A stretch of 32,000 nucleotides of DNA from Enterococcus saigonensis (GTDB taxonomy: Bacteria > Bacillota > Bacilli > Lactobacillales > Enterococcaceae). Each line of letters opens with the position of its first letter. Positions within the stretch are counted from its first letter, which is position 1. The DNA lies in the NCBI RefSeq assembly GCF_011397115.1, contig NZ_AP022823.1:1-32000 (forward strand), written 5' to 3'. Shown one piece after another: positions 31,467-32,000 of the stretch. Under the pieces are notes generated by a model. That model was given only the letters and a program-made list of their open reading frames with translations, searched no databases and was not told where the DNA came from. Made by a program: the position numbers and the translations under genes.

Positions 31467-32000
31467 CTATCTTGCTATACAAGGATGTTTTAGAAACGAA
31501 AACAATAATTTGACACTAATCCATTTAAGAATGCTGCTTGAGAAATTTTTATCAAATGACACTACTCAAATTCCTAAAATCGATATCACTAAAGCCCTGG
31601 CTCTTATAAATCAAATCATAAGAAGCCACGTACCCGACTTCTTATGATTTCCAATTTTTCGCAGACTTTATGACCCCATTATCTATTGACCAGCTGCAAA
31701 TAGTTAGTCAAAAACTACTTGCTGTTGACTTCAATGTCATGGACTCATTCAACCATTTTTACAAGAAATATTACCCTATCTGCTTGGGAAACTTATCTGA
31801 CTGCTTAATGGACTTAGGGTACTTTGAAGAATCAAAACTCATATTGGAAAAACTAGCTTTCGTAGCAGACCATGTGGACTCTATCGAATTAAAAATGTGG
31901 GCACAATACCTAACAAACGTACTAAATATTTACATGGATGATCAATTTAATGAAAAACAGAATCGATTAAATAAATTAAATCAAATCGTAACAAATTGGC
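31441..32000 (+). pseudogene. Fragmented helical-repeat regulator gene (RNPP/Rgg-like C-terminal region, tentative); the last open frame (31622/31670 onward) runs off the window
   Basis: Pieces in different frames: VEHHDVQQAILLYKDVLETKTII*; MLLEKFLSNDTTQIPKIDITKALALINQIIRSHVPDFL*; then 110 open codons MTPLSIDQLQIVSQKLLAVDFNVMDSFNHFYKKYYPICLGNLSDCLMDLGYFEESKLILEKLAFVADHVDSIELKMWAQYL... The family assignment rests only on compositional, TPR-like appearance. Confidence 0.3.

Overview
Mosaic, AT-rich Gram-positive (Enterococcus-type) plasmid DNA; most of it is recognisable, previously described biology. Left third: a structurally complete Tn1546 (VanA glycopeptide-resistance transposon; IRs 103-140 and 10913-10950; tnpA, tnpR, vanRSHAXYZ). 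It is inserted, with a 5-bp TGCTT target duplication, into the delta/parA gene of an Inc18 (pSM19035/pAMbeta1/pIP501-like) backbone. Its transposase is split by two 1-bp homopolymer deletions, and vanS carries three N-terminal substitutions. Middle: Inc18 segments (delta', omega-operator heptad arrays, a truncated omega, topoisomerase, beta recombinase) are rearranged around a Tn917-type ermBL-ermB module bracketed by ~300-bp direct repeats. Decayed filler follows (a 135-bp repeat pair, PadR and ISL3 relics). Next is a five-gene sortase-dependent pilus operon on the minus strand: vWA tip adhesin, small FPQTG pilin, major LPSTG pilin, and two class C sortases with unusual ~110-aa C-terminal tails. 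Right third: crtN/crtM relics, an IS30 relic fused in frame to a rhodanese gene, thioredoxin, yidD, a serine-recombinase relic, a FetAB-like ABC exporter, a cupin, and a fragmented RNPP/Rgg-like regulator that runs off the window. The least explained items are the sortase C-terminal domains, the 135-bp repeat pair with its 28-bp-stem hairpin, and the doubly broken Inc18 partition circuit. All homology calls come from reading the translations and from memory of the families; no database search was run.
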